A stretch of 64,000 nt of DNA, taken from Monocercomonoides exilis PA203 (Eukaryota > Protista > Preaxostyla). The stretch lies in contig LSRY02000004.1 of assembly GCA_001643675.2 (NCBI GenBank), positions 2,239,459 through 2,303,458 on the forward strand, written 5' to 3'. The position numbers were made by a program, and so were the translations under genes. Positions within the stretch are counted from its first letter, which is position 1; every line of letters begins with the position of its first letter. Under the pieces are notes generated by a model. The model had not been told where the DNA came from. It was given only the letters and a program-made list of their open reading frames with translations, and made no database searches. Of the stretch, positions 27,420 to 40,200 are shown in pieces.

Positions 27420-27930
27420 TTCATGGCGCACTTAACACGGATGGCATCCTCCAATGACCGTTGCATCGAAAAGCTAATATATCTATTTTCTCAGAGGGAC
27501 TGCATCGCACATAAACTGGCCAGCATTTGCAATTCCAAACTATTGGCAAAGACAAACAGATTTCACCTGAATCAACAAAACAAACAAATAAAAAATTGAC
27601 ATGAATCACCAATGCCATCAAAATCACACCTTTGCCTGCAATTCGCAACGAGCTAATTTTTATGCAAATCAACTTTCTGCACCATTCACACTCCATTGTT
27701 GTTCATGTTCGTCCGCACAATCAACAATGTCTTTTCTTCCATAGCCCTTCCACCAAGCCCAAGAATTGCAGCCTGTGACTCTTTGGTTCGTGAAAATCGG
27801 ACTGCATCAATTCTAAAACTTTCACATGCACTCAGTATGACCTGAACAGCAATTGAGAAGCAATTGTTGCTGCTGTTTTATATCTTCACTTTCTCCGTCT
27901 CAACCATGCACATCTGCGAAAGAAAAAGCG
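27420..27930 (-). pseudogene. Possible degenerate coding fragment
   Basis: Coding-like composition downstream of a ...TTTCTTTCGCAG acceptor-like site, but interrupted by stops. No family confidently recognised. Confidence 0.25.
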
Positions 27931-28230
27931 CATCCACTTATATACAATAAATGATAGTCTGCAAAAATTCTTGATAAAAACATTGCATGGTTTCAGCTCT
28001 TCTGACTCACAAAAATCATCAAAAACAGATGAACCACTCACTCATCGCTGTGAAAAAAATGCATGTTTCATTCAAAATGCTTTATGAAAAATCACAAACA
28101 ATGGCAAACATGCGTTGATGCAATCACATGCTTGGATGAAACAAAACACCAAAAAAATAAAACCAATTGCGATCATGCTCCATAAGAAATAAAAGGAAAA
28201 GATCACATCCAAACTGATTTTTGCTGCAGC

Positions 28231-31200
28231 ATGAAGTTGCTGGTGTATCTTTTGCTCTTGCCAGCTCTCCTACAGTCGCAAAGCAATTTATATTCAGGAA
28301 CTTCAGGAAAATCTGGTGCAGGAGCTTCTGTCGTTGCTGAAAGCGCAAATAAGCATTATTCAATTTTGTTGCAAGAAAAAGAATTGTTGCATGGAAAGTC
28401 AGATAGCAGTAATCCAATATGTACAATATCGCTCGAATATGGTTCTGCCGGATGGAATTTTTGTGAAAAGCGCGAGCACAATCAAAAACACTATTTGTTC
28501 TCAATGCTGAATTCCACTGTGCTTTTTGAGTCAGTTGCGGTGCGAGGGAGTGCGCGTCCTGTTGCACTTTTGAGAGACGTCCAAGCTGAATGCTGTTTCT
28601 GCAATTGCCTTTTTTGGAGAAATTGGGGCTCAGACAATTTCTGTGATTCGTTTGGAGGGCTGCTGAGACTCGAAAATATTTCACTTTTATGTTCAACACC
28701 AAACATTGCATGCGGATTTGTTTTGTCAAACTCAATCGCACCTTCCTCGAGAATCCATCTGAAAAGGAGTGCAATGCATTCGTTTTCTGTGAACTCGATG
28801 AATCCTTTTCTGAGTGCTGGAAATATGGAATCTGTTGCTGTGGACGAATGCCATTTTGAAAACATCACCCATAAGCCCGACGCGATGCGAAGAAAAGGGC
28901 TCGCAGAGGAAAGAGAATTCGTTGGAAATGGGATTGGCATGATTGAAGTGGAGTCTTCAACATTTAACAAAGTTATTGATGCCGATTGCGGATGCATTTT
29001 TGATGGATTTCACACCTTTCATCATTACCTGTCTTTCAATTGCAGCTTTGTCACGAGCAGAGCACAGGTCAACAACACCAGACAGGTGAACTCTTCTGGA
29101 AATGTTATTCTTCGTGATTCGTTGTTTACCGTTGTGAGTGAGGTTTATGATGGAGCAGCAGTGCTGATTACCGGAAATGCAACGCTAACCATTGAAAGAA
29201 CAACATTTCTAAATTGTAAAAGTACTGCATATAGTAGGGACAATGGGGGTGGTGCGATATCGGCAACTGGAACAGGATTCATTACTATTACAAATTCTTC
29301 ATTTAATAATAATTCATGTATTTCCTTAGCTGGCGGAGCTATTCGCATTTATACCAAATCTGCGGGAGATGTTTCAATAACAGATTCATATTTTATTGAA
29401 AATGAAGGTCCACATTATGGAGCATTTCAAATAACGGGACAAAACGACTATGTAATTATTGATTCGTGTACATTCTATCGAAATAAAGCAAATACGTATT
29501 ATTGCGGTTCGATTTGCTTTTGGAATTTTCAATGCAATTATTCGTTACTTTCTAATTGCTTGTTTCAAGAATGCTCAAGCGCAATGTATGCAGGTGCTTT
29601 GTTAATAGGGGGTTACTTCGAAGATATCTATCCAACTGAAATTCGCTTTTTGTATTTTGATCAAAACGCATGCAAAAATAACATAGGAACAGATGTTTGT
29701 ATCAGAACATACAATCTGACTTTTTACGTTGCCAACAACTTCACAACTTGCTTTTCCACATCATTAGAGAAGAGAATTGCATTTTGTACGAAGTCAAGCG
29801 AATGGACCTGTGCGTCATATGAGCCAAAAGAAAACTGGATTCGAACAGATGACCCTTCGTCAATTCATGTGAATCCATCAAAAGAAGATAATGCTGTCTG
29901 TGGAAATGTTGGGCGAGAATGCAAGACAATTGGCTTTGCGATAACAAGATGGCTTCAGCCAGAGCTGCAAAAAGTGTATGTTTCGAGGGTGAACCATTTG
30001 GAGACTTCGATTGCGATAAACGGGCAAGCAGTGGAAACTTCGATAAAAGGAAGTGGAGATCGACCGACGATCACATCCAAAAACGTGGATGGCTGGCTGG
30101 TCACGATCACAACAGGCTCTTTCACTGTGACTGATTTTTCGATTGTTGTGGATACAGGGGTGTCGCTGGAATCCTCACTGTTTTTAGTTTCAAATGCAGA
30201 AGGGAAGCTGAACCTGGTGCAATGCGAAATCTCTGCAGATTCAACAAATCGAGTGTTGGAGCATTCGCAGTTTTCTCTTCTTGGAGGAAGCGTCAACCTG
30301 ACACTTTGCGAAATACGCGGCTTTTCTCTTCAAGAGTGTGGATTGTTTCAGAAGGAGTCGGCAAGCTCGCTTTTGTTTGAAGGAGGCAGCGTGTGCGACA
30401 TTGCCCGAAGCAGAGGAAACGGCACGATCATTGGCAAAACACTGGGCGATGGAGAGGTTCTTGCGATTTCGAACATCACTTTCAGAAACTGCACGAGTTC
30501 AGCTGAAAATGGAGGGGTGTTTGGCTTGTGTTTGGGCAGCGGAAGTCAACTGCGAATTGGGCAGACGAGCGAAGTTGGCTTTGAAGAATGCAGCGCGCCC
30601 AACAGCGAAAGCAAAGGAAAGGGCGGAGCGTTGTATCTTCTTTTCGATCCGGGATCCAATGATTTTATATTGAAGAACATTTCGTTCAGGGGCTGCAGAG
30701 CTTGGAAAGGGAAGAATGTGTTTGTGGATGGGAGCAATCTGTCATCGTTGGTGAAGGCGTCTTCGTTTGCGTTCAAGCCTCAAACAGGGGTGGAGCTGGC
30801 AGATTTGGATGAGCTGAGCGGATATGATGCGGGAGATCGCAGCAAGGTGATTCCTTTGGTGCTGTATTTGCGGACTTTTTCATCGCCAGCGTATGTGTCT
30901 GGAAGCGAGAGCGATGCAGATGACACGTTCTGCGGATACAAAGATTATCCGTGCCGAACAGTCGAAGGCGCAGCTGCCTTTCGGTTTGCGAATTCTGCTT
31001 GCGAGTTGAGTCTGCTGCCATCATTTGCATTTTTGAAGGAGCTGACGTTGGCTTCGCAGTCGTATGTTTTTGGTGCTGCTTCGCAGGGGCAGGCAACAGA
31101 AGTGGGCTCTTCTTCGGTTAAAAGTCGCGAAATGCTTGTTTCGGTGTCCGTTCCAGCAACATTTGCGAACATAACGTTTTTGCTGAGCCATTCGATTGGG

Positions 31201-34200
31201 AACAGGGCATCGTTCATATCGTTGCAAAGTGCGACTCTGTCATTAACCAGCTGCTCGATTGGAAAGACATCTGAGACTGAATCCATTGAATACACAGCTG
31301 TGATGGCATCTGGTGGGGTGCTGACAGTCACTTCGCTGTCGGTGGCTGCTGACCAAGCGCTTTCGTTCAGTGCGCCAATGCTTCTGCTGAGTGGAAGTGT
31401 GGTGTGCAATTTGTTTGGTGCAAATCTGTCGAGCATTGCGACAACCGGTCCTCAGAGCTTCGTTGAGACGAGCTCGTCTGGGCTGGCCAACATCACCAAC
31501 TGTTCGTTTGACAGGTTCTCTCTTGGGAAGCGTGGGATGATACACAGCGAAAACGGCAGTTCATTGTATGTTGGAGGCTCTTCATTTGCAGATGTGAGCC
31601 TTTCGAACGGAAACGGGTCGTGCATCGATTTTGCAGCAGGAGAGGATGTGCTTCATTGTGTGACAGTTTTCAATTGCTCGTTTCAGGGATGTTCAGTGCT
31701 GAATAATGGGCAGTCGGGAGGGGGAATATTTGCCTCTCTGAAAAGCAGCTGCGAGCTGTTGATTAATTCGACAAGCTTTTTGTCGTGCACAGCGCCTTCA
31801 GAAATGCTGAGTGGATTCGGTGGAGGCATTTCGTTGTTTGTTCTGCAGACTGATGCATCGTTTGCGATTGATGCGCCTTCTTTTTCGGATGAGCTTCCCA
31901 ACAAAGCGAAGTGTGGGAATGATATTTTTGTGTCTTCTCCTGACCTTGCATCGAGTGTCAACAGGGAGTCGTTCTGCTTCTACGATGAGCAGAATCCGTT
32001 TTCTACTGCTTCGTGTGTGGGAGTTGACGAGAAATGGGTAAATGCTATGATTCCTCTTGTGTGCTATTTCCGAGTGCTTGGTGATGCTGTTTGCGTCTCG
32101 GCCGAGGGAAGCGATGTGCCTGTCTGCGGGTATGTTGACTTTGGATGCCGGACACTCGACTTCTCATTTGCTCGGCTGCCAGGAAGAAAGAAAGCTGTCA
32201 CGATACCAAGCGAATATGCTGTTGGAGAAAGCTGTGTGCTGAGTGATGCAAAGGGATACAGCATTTCTGGTCTTGAAACGAAGACAAGACTGAAAATGGA
32301 GGGAAACGAGACGCAAGCGACGTCTGTGATGGAGGTCAGAGCAGCAGTGTTCTTTTCGTGTTTCTTCATCGAGATGGTGTATTCTCTTCATTCAACGAAA
32401 AGTGCAGTATTCTCTGTTGCAGATTCCAATGGAGTGCTTGAAATCGAAAACTGTGAGTGCCAGCCAGAATCTGGGGTCTCCTCAATCTCCTATTGTTTGC
32501 TTGCAGCCAAAGCTGGAAAATTGGCGGTGAATGGATTCGTCATGAGCAACGTGCAGTTCTCGGCAGGCGCAGCTGTTGTGGTGAACGAGTCAGGAGCATG
32601 TGAAATAATGAGCATGATGTTTGAAAATGTCACGTCCAGTGCAAATGGAGAAATAATGAAGTATTCTTCGACTGGGGAGATGAATGTCAACAAAAGCCAC
32701 TTTTCTTCTTCAATGGAATCGGCATCCCCAATGATCTTTGATGGGAATGGAGCAGTGTTGTGTGTGAGCAACACAACATTCTCTGAGATTGGCCGATCGG
32801 AAGGGCAAGGCGGGGCTGTTGAAGGGGTTGTGGGAGATGGATGCCGAATGGTGCTGGAAGGAGTGGTGTTTCTCGATTGCTGCACCGAGGAAGGCTGTGG
32901 GGGAGGGCTTGGGTTGAGTGTGTCGGGAACAGGGCATCTCGAAATTGGGAAAGAGGAGCTGAACTCCGCCTTTAAGAGCTGTGCAGCTAAAAAAGGCAAC
33001 GGAAATGGAGGCAATGGCGGAGGGATTTCCATCAGATTCAGCGGCGAGGTGTTTGATTATGTGATTTGCCACACGATTTTCGGAGCAGAAACAGAAAAGA
33101 ACGAAGCAGAGGAGAAAGGAGAGAACATCTTCATTGAGGGAGACGATTTGAGCAGAATTGTCACACAACGGCGTTTTGCAGTTGAGTGCGATGTGAGCAA
33201 GGGGAAGCACAACGAGTTTGTGGGATTCGACAGGAACGCAGATAAATGCGTTCCACTTGTTTCGTTTCTGTCACATTGGACATCGCCTGTGTTTGTAAAC
33301 AGCGAGGAAGGGGCTGATTATCAGTCGTGTGGCTTTTCGTGGTATCCGTGCTCCTCCATCGTATACGCAGCAGAAAACCGTTTTGCGAGTGGTGTGGCAG
33401 CTGTTTGCCTTGAGCCTAATTTTTCGATTGCCGACAAGCTTGTATTGAGCGCAATGCCGATGGTCATCAATGGTGTCTCGAAGCCTGAAAGAGTGAACAT
33501 CGCGGCAGATGGCAGAGAGAGCGGAGATGGACTTGTGATTACGCAGAACGAAGTTGCAATCAGCTGGCTTGAATTTTGTGCTCCGTGTGAGTTTTTGCAT
33601 GTTCAGAGGAAGAGCCTTATTCTTTGTGCTGGATCGAAGTTGGTTGTTGAAGGGTGCAGCATGGTGATGCAAAGCGGCAATCCAAGCTATCGGTTTTTAC
33701 TGATAACTTCGGGAAGCGTGAAACTGACTGAGTTTAATCTGAACTCCATGGAATTCAATGAAGCGCCAGCGATTGAGCTGGTTGGCGCACAAGCAAGCGG
33801 AGTGTTTGACAAGCTGCATCTGGAAAGTGTCAACACAACATGTGAAAGCGGGGGAGTGATTTTTGTGTCTTCGGCATCGGCAGCTCAAATCGAGAATTCG
33901 ACGATAAACTCGACATCCCTTCTGAGGCAGACAGCGATTTGTGTGAAGGGAGGAGCTTCGCTGACTCTGAAGAAGAGCAACTTCAGCGAGGTGAACAGGA
34001 CAGAAGGAAACGGAGGAGTGGTTGTGGGAGAGGTGGACAGCGAAAAGCGCATTGAGATCAAGGAATGCAACTTTGCCAAGGTTATGTGCTACCATACAGG
34101 AACAAAAGGAGGAAGCATGCTTATATCGGTGGCGAAAAGAGGAACTTTTCTGTTTGAGAAGAACTGTGTGAATGAAAGCAGGGTGCCGGGGATTGACGGG

Positions 34201-37200
34201 CTGGGAGGGGGTCTGCACCTGACGTTTTCAGATGTGGACTTGACGTATTCGATGAAGTCGGATGAATTCAACAGCAATGATGCGCTGCTGGGGAAGGATG
34301 TGTATCTTGTGTGTCCGCTTCCGCGGAGGATGATCAACCCGTTGCTCTGGAGCGGGTCTGCGAAAGATGGGAGCGAGTTTGAAAAGACGATGTGGGTGCT
34401 GGATCCGAGCGATGCAGAAATGAACATGTCGCTTCTGAGGTTTTTGTTTCCGTCTGTCGACGATATTGTGTTTGTTGACGACGGGCTGGGGCAGGTCGAA
34501 GCAGGATGCGGAAGCAGCGTCAAGCCTTGCAAGGAATTGAGTTTTGGGTTCACGCAGTTGGGAACAGAAAAGAACATTCTGCACATCACATCATTGGCAA
34601 AGCTGGAAGGGGAAATCAAGCAGAATCTTTCGTCGCTGACGATCAGAGGGGAATCTGTGAAATCAGACATGATTGTGGATGGTGGCGGGTGCATATGCGT
34701 GAGCGACGGAGACTTGTCGACTCAGCTGACCATCCAGAATATCCGCTTTGCTTTTGCCGCAAGCGCTGAGAGCCTGCAAGACTCGCTGATTGTTGGGAAA
34801 GTGGGGAGCATATTCCTGATTTCGTGTGATGTCTCAAAAAGTGCGAATGCTCAAATCTCCAACATAAAGCAGAGCATCTTGTGCGGAAAGGGAAGCACGA
34901 TAACTCTGACGTCTGTGACATTTTCGGAGCTGGTGTTTGAGGCGGATCAAGCGATCTGTGTGATGCAGTCTGGTTCCTTGATTATCAGTGGCTGCACTTT
35001 TGCCTCGATATGCACAAGCAAGAAAAGTCTGATTGGAGGGATGAAAGGAACATGCATTGCAATCAACAACACTCATATCAGCGAATGCTCGTCAGAGTCT
35101 GGAAGTGTTGTGCACTGGGAAAATGCGTTGGAGGTTGAGATCGCAAATACCTCGTCATTTGCGAATTGCTCTTCAGAAAAAGACAACGGCGGGGCAGTTA
35201 ATTTGATTTTCTCGAAGAATTACAGACTTTCGATTGCTGATGTTTCATTCAGCAACAACTCGGCAGACGAAGAAGCGAAAAACGGAGGAGCCATTTTCGT
35301 GCAATTGAGCCAAGATCTGGATGAAGCAATCGAATTCTCATCGTTGCATTTCCTTGGAAACAAAGCGCATCATGGCAAAGACATGTTTGTTGCATGTGCT
35401 GACCTGAATCGAACAGTCCTGCAATCGAGGTTTCGGTTTCCTTTGGTGAATGAGGAAGGCGAATTGATTGTTGATTTATTTGGAAGAGACGAGGTGATCA
35501 CAAACAAGGAAGCAGTCAACCTGACGCTGTTTTTGTTGCAGCTGCAATCCTCGAGCATTCATGTGTCTGCTGCAGGGCGTGATTATTTGGGGTGTGGGAG
35601 CGACGAGTATCCGTGCAACACCTTCTGGAGAGGATACACGAACATGGACAAGACGGGATCAGATCAAAAGCTTTTGACTGTGGATGCTTCGACAGTTGTG
35701 CAAGACACCTACGATGTGAGCTCGTTTTCTATCATCCCGGGATATGGAAGCGCCCGATCGTCGATTGTCGTGAAGAGTGACCTGGAGTTGTGCACTTTGG
35801 ATTCCATATTTTTGAGCGCAAAAAGTCTGTCCATTCAAAACATGTTGCTTTCCATCCCGCCTTCGTTCGCACCTCCTGTTCAGAATCTGCTGAGACTTAA
35901 TCCGCCCAGCGCCTCGGAAGCCCAGTTGGCAGTGAAGGGCTGTGTGTTTGAGTGTTCGTCTGGATCTTGCATTGATTACATCTTGATTTCGTCTGCGAAA
36001 GGGCAGGTGGAATTGGCAGACTGCACTTTGCCATCTTTCTCGTCTGGCGTGGTTCCGCTCGATTTGTCTTCCTCTGTTCTGATCAAAGGAATGAACTTCA
36101 CCAACATTGCGTCTGCATCCAGTGGCGAGGGTGGAGTGGCGAGGGTGGAGCTGACAGAGGAAGAATCGCTGAGCATTAACGGAACGACAGCAGAGGGATG
36201 CTCGTGTGCAGGAAATGGAAGAGGGGGAGCATTCTTTGTGAAGTGTTCAGAATCTCTGCTTCCTGCACCTTTTGTTTTTGGAAGCGAAATAATTCTGGCA
36301 GGTAACGAAGCCATGATTGGGAAGAACGTATTTATTGCATCGAGTGACCTGAATCGAACAGTCACAAAGAGCACTTTTGTGTTTCTTGCTGAAAAATCCA
36401 AGATGGAACACACGCTCTTCTGTGGAAGTGATGCAGTGCATCACGACACCGATCTTTTGCGGTTTTTGTGTGGGTACAAGAACAATACGATTTTTGTCTC
36501 TTCGAATGGGTTCGACATTGCCAGATGTGGAAGCGAAGATGATCCGTGCGAATCGTTCTGGAAAGGGATGGCGCAAATAGAGCGATCTTCTCCGTCAAAG
36601 GTAATAACAGTTGATGGTTCGACTTTTGTGCGTGATGCATTTATTGTGTCGAATTACACAATAGCTTCATATTCAGCGTCGCCTGACGAAGTGAGAAAGG
36701 CTGTGGTCGAGTTCCAGAACAAAACAATCAACGATGGAGAGCCGTTTCTGACCAATGCTGTGAGATTGTCGCTGGAGAGGATGAGCCTGAGGGTTGCAGA
36801 GCATTTTGATGGCTCAGCAAGCTCCATTGTTCACAGCAAGGAAGGCATCCTTCTTGTGAGGATGTGCTCGTTTGAATCGAAAGGGCTGATGGAGGATTTG
36901 AGCAAAGTGCGGTTTGTGACAGTTGAAGGAGGAGAGCTGGCTGTTGATGATCTGACAATAAGCTCCTCCAACTTTGCTGAGAACATATTTGCAGTGAATA
37001 ATATGGCGCAGTTGTGTTCCTTCACGAGCTTATCGGTATCATCGCTGAATCTGTCAGATGGAAGTATTTTTTCGCTTTCTTCGTCAATCGGACAGGAGAC
37101 AAAGCAAAATAGCAACTGGAGATGTGATTTTCGAATAAACGGATCGACATTCTCTTCCATTGCGCGTGTTGACGATGGGTCTGGTGTTGTATTTTCTGGG

Positions 37201-40200
37201 ATCAACAACATTGATCTGAAAGTGGATAAGACGGTGTTCAGCGATGTTAAGGCTGAGCGCAGCCTGAAAGGAGGGGTCATGCTTGTTTCACTTTTGTCTG
37301 AAAGCTCGTTCAAGATGAGCGATTCGACAGTCACGCGATGCTGCTGCTCGAGCAACGGAAAAGGGGGAGGAGTTTATTTGGCAGCAGCAACAGCAGGAAA
37401 ACTGGATTTCCTGTTCAGCCGAGTGAGCTTTATAGCGAATACAGCGTTTGTTGGGAACGACATCTTCATTGAATGCCACAACATCACTGCACAAATCAAC
37501 GAAACGCAGTTTGGGTTTGATGTTGAGAAAGTGACAGACAAAGCGAAAGCGATTTTTGGGATTGACAAGACCGATCACACGGCAGACACGAATCTTCTTG
37601 ATTTCATCACGATTTATCGAGCAGACACGATCATCGTCAGCTCTGATCCGTCGAGAAATGGGAAAGATGACAGACAATGCGGGACGCAATATCTGCCTTG
37701 TCTTTCGATTGATTATGGTCTTCTTCATCTGTCGAATAATTTTGTGAGCCAAATGTTTGTGGACAAAGCATCGTATCTTGGAGGCGAAGCGAAGATGGTT
37801 GAAATGGGGCTGGCATCTCGAACAAAGGCGCAATGCGTTATTGGAGTGCATTCAAATATTCTCCAGCACGAATTGGCGCTCATATCGACAGCTGGTTCTG
37901 TGTCACTGAGCTATCTTCGCTTTGCTTTTGCAGAGGAATTTGTGTCTTTCCATTCAGCATTTCTTTGCCCAGAAACAGGCGTTCTTGAACTGAGCTGTTG
38001 TGCATTCACCTCAGAAAGTGATGGTTCTGTTCAAACTGTTCCATTTTGTCTTGTTTCTGCCAATGGATGCAAGTGCACAGCTTATGAGGTTTCCGTGTCC
38101 TTCTTGGCATTCGCATCTCCTATGTTTCGTGTTGCGAGCTCTGGAAATATGAAGATAACTTCTTCGTCCTTCTCAGAGTCAAGTTTTGAAGGAAGTTTGG
38201 CAGAATGTGGAGAAGACTCTGTTATGCAGACTGTATCTTCGTCTTTCACAAGCATAAATGTTTCGGGAAGACATCCGATGCTTTCGTTTAATGCAGCAAA
38301 TGAAGTGGCCATCGACAATTGCTCGTTCATTTCCTGCTTATCAAGCACTCAGAGAGGGAGCATTGTGTCATTTTCGTTGTGCACGAATGCAACGATCGAC
38401 AAGTGTTTGTTTGATGGATGGAAAGGGGACAATAAAAGCGATGAAAAGAGGAACACGCAGCAGGAGGAGATCTGCCGATGGAATGGGTCGCTGGTTGATT
38501 TTGCTGGAACAAGAGCAGCAATGAAGGACACAGCGGTTGTGAATTCATCAGAAGGAGGAATGTCGATTTGTGGTGGGGAGGTGAGTGTGGAGAAAGGCGA
38601 ATATTACTGGAACAGCAAAGCTATTGATGGATTCCCTTCAGCCAGACGAAACATCATCTGTGAAGGCAAAGGGCAGCTGGCGATGGAGAGCTTGAAAGGA
38701 GGAGATGGGTTACTTCCAAACACATCGCTGTGGATTCTGAATGAGGGATGTGAGCTGTCTGGAATGGCTTCAGAAAGAGCATCTGAATTGTTCATCCCAG
38801 CATTGGAAAGAGTGGAAACAGAAGAAAAAAGAGGGAGAACGGAGCTGACGTTCAGAGGAAACCTTCTTCTGCCATGCAATCTGTCGTGCCAAATTACATC
38901 AACAATTGAAAAAGTCAGCTCGATTGAGGTGTATTTGCTGGAGGAAGATGGATTTGTTTGTGAGAACGAAGCTCGCAGTTCAATAGCATCAGGGATCATA
39001 TCTTCAGCTGAAGAAAGGGCAGAGGTGGCTGTTTGCATCTTGTTTGGCAACCCCGAAAAGAAAGGAAGAACAGAATCGTTTGTGGTGAAGAATAAAACAG
39101 AAAAGAAGAAAGATGAAAATGGAAATAATGAAATCGTCAAAAGTGAGACAAAAGAAGGAGGATCGTGGGCATTGATTGTGATCGTAATGCTGTCTGTGCT
39201 GTTTTTGATAGTTCTAACTGTATCAATAATATTAGCGGTGAGATGGAGAAAACAAAAGAGACGAACAGAAGAATTGGAGGTGATTGTGGAAGACACAGTG
39301 AAGAAGGATCCAAAAGCATTTGAGATGGTGACGATGGAAATGTCACCTGAAGAGCAGTGGAGAAGAGCTGAGAGGGAAGCAGAGAAGAAGAATGAAGAGA
39401 GGATAAAGAAGAGAGTGTACGAGAAAAGCTTGGGACATTCTGAGTCATCAGAACATCTTCTATCTGAGAGTGGTTCGACAGAATATATTTTGGGAAGAGA
39501 CTCAGACAAGATTCCTCAATGGATGCTGGAGAAGGTTGATGACGAGGAAGAGACAAGAAAAAGAACGCCATCTCCATCCATTTCATCCACTTCAACCACT
39601 TCAACCACTGATTCAGATTCCACTTTTGTCCGAGGAGAAGATCTGTGCCCCACAACCTCATCAATGTCAAATCTGGTGGATGCGATGACCTGTTCATCTC
39701 CACATGAGAAACTGATTCTTGATTTTCGAGATTCGTTTTTCATGCTGATGCATGGGAGGAACAAGACGAAGGAGATGCCAATTGGGAATCTTGAGGAGCG
39801 GGAGCTGACAGGAGCACAGGTGCTGTTCTGGGTGGCGAATCTTGCGCTGCACTCATTTGATGAGATGAGCAATCCTCTCTCCTCTCTGGAGAATCTGAGT
39901 CCGCACATTGTGCTGTTCTCGGAGCACATGGACATTGCTGTTGCACTTCGCTCTGAATGCTCCTCTTCTGACGATTCAGATTCATCGTCCATCTCTTCGC
40001 TGACCATTGTTTCGTCTTCCTCATCGAATGTTTCAGTGATGAGTGAGAGGTTTACCGACTCTCCACCACCCTCGTCAGCCTTTGAGGATGAGGCAGACAA
40101 CAGGGATGAGTGCAAGCGATGGAAGGCACCGGAGCTGCTAATGAACAGGAACATGTGTGCGACAAAACAGTCAGTTGCATTCTCGATTGGGATGATGCTG

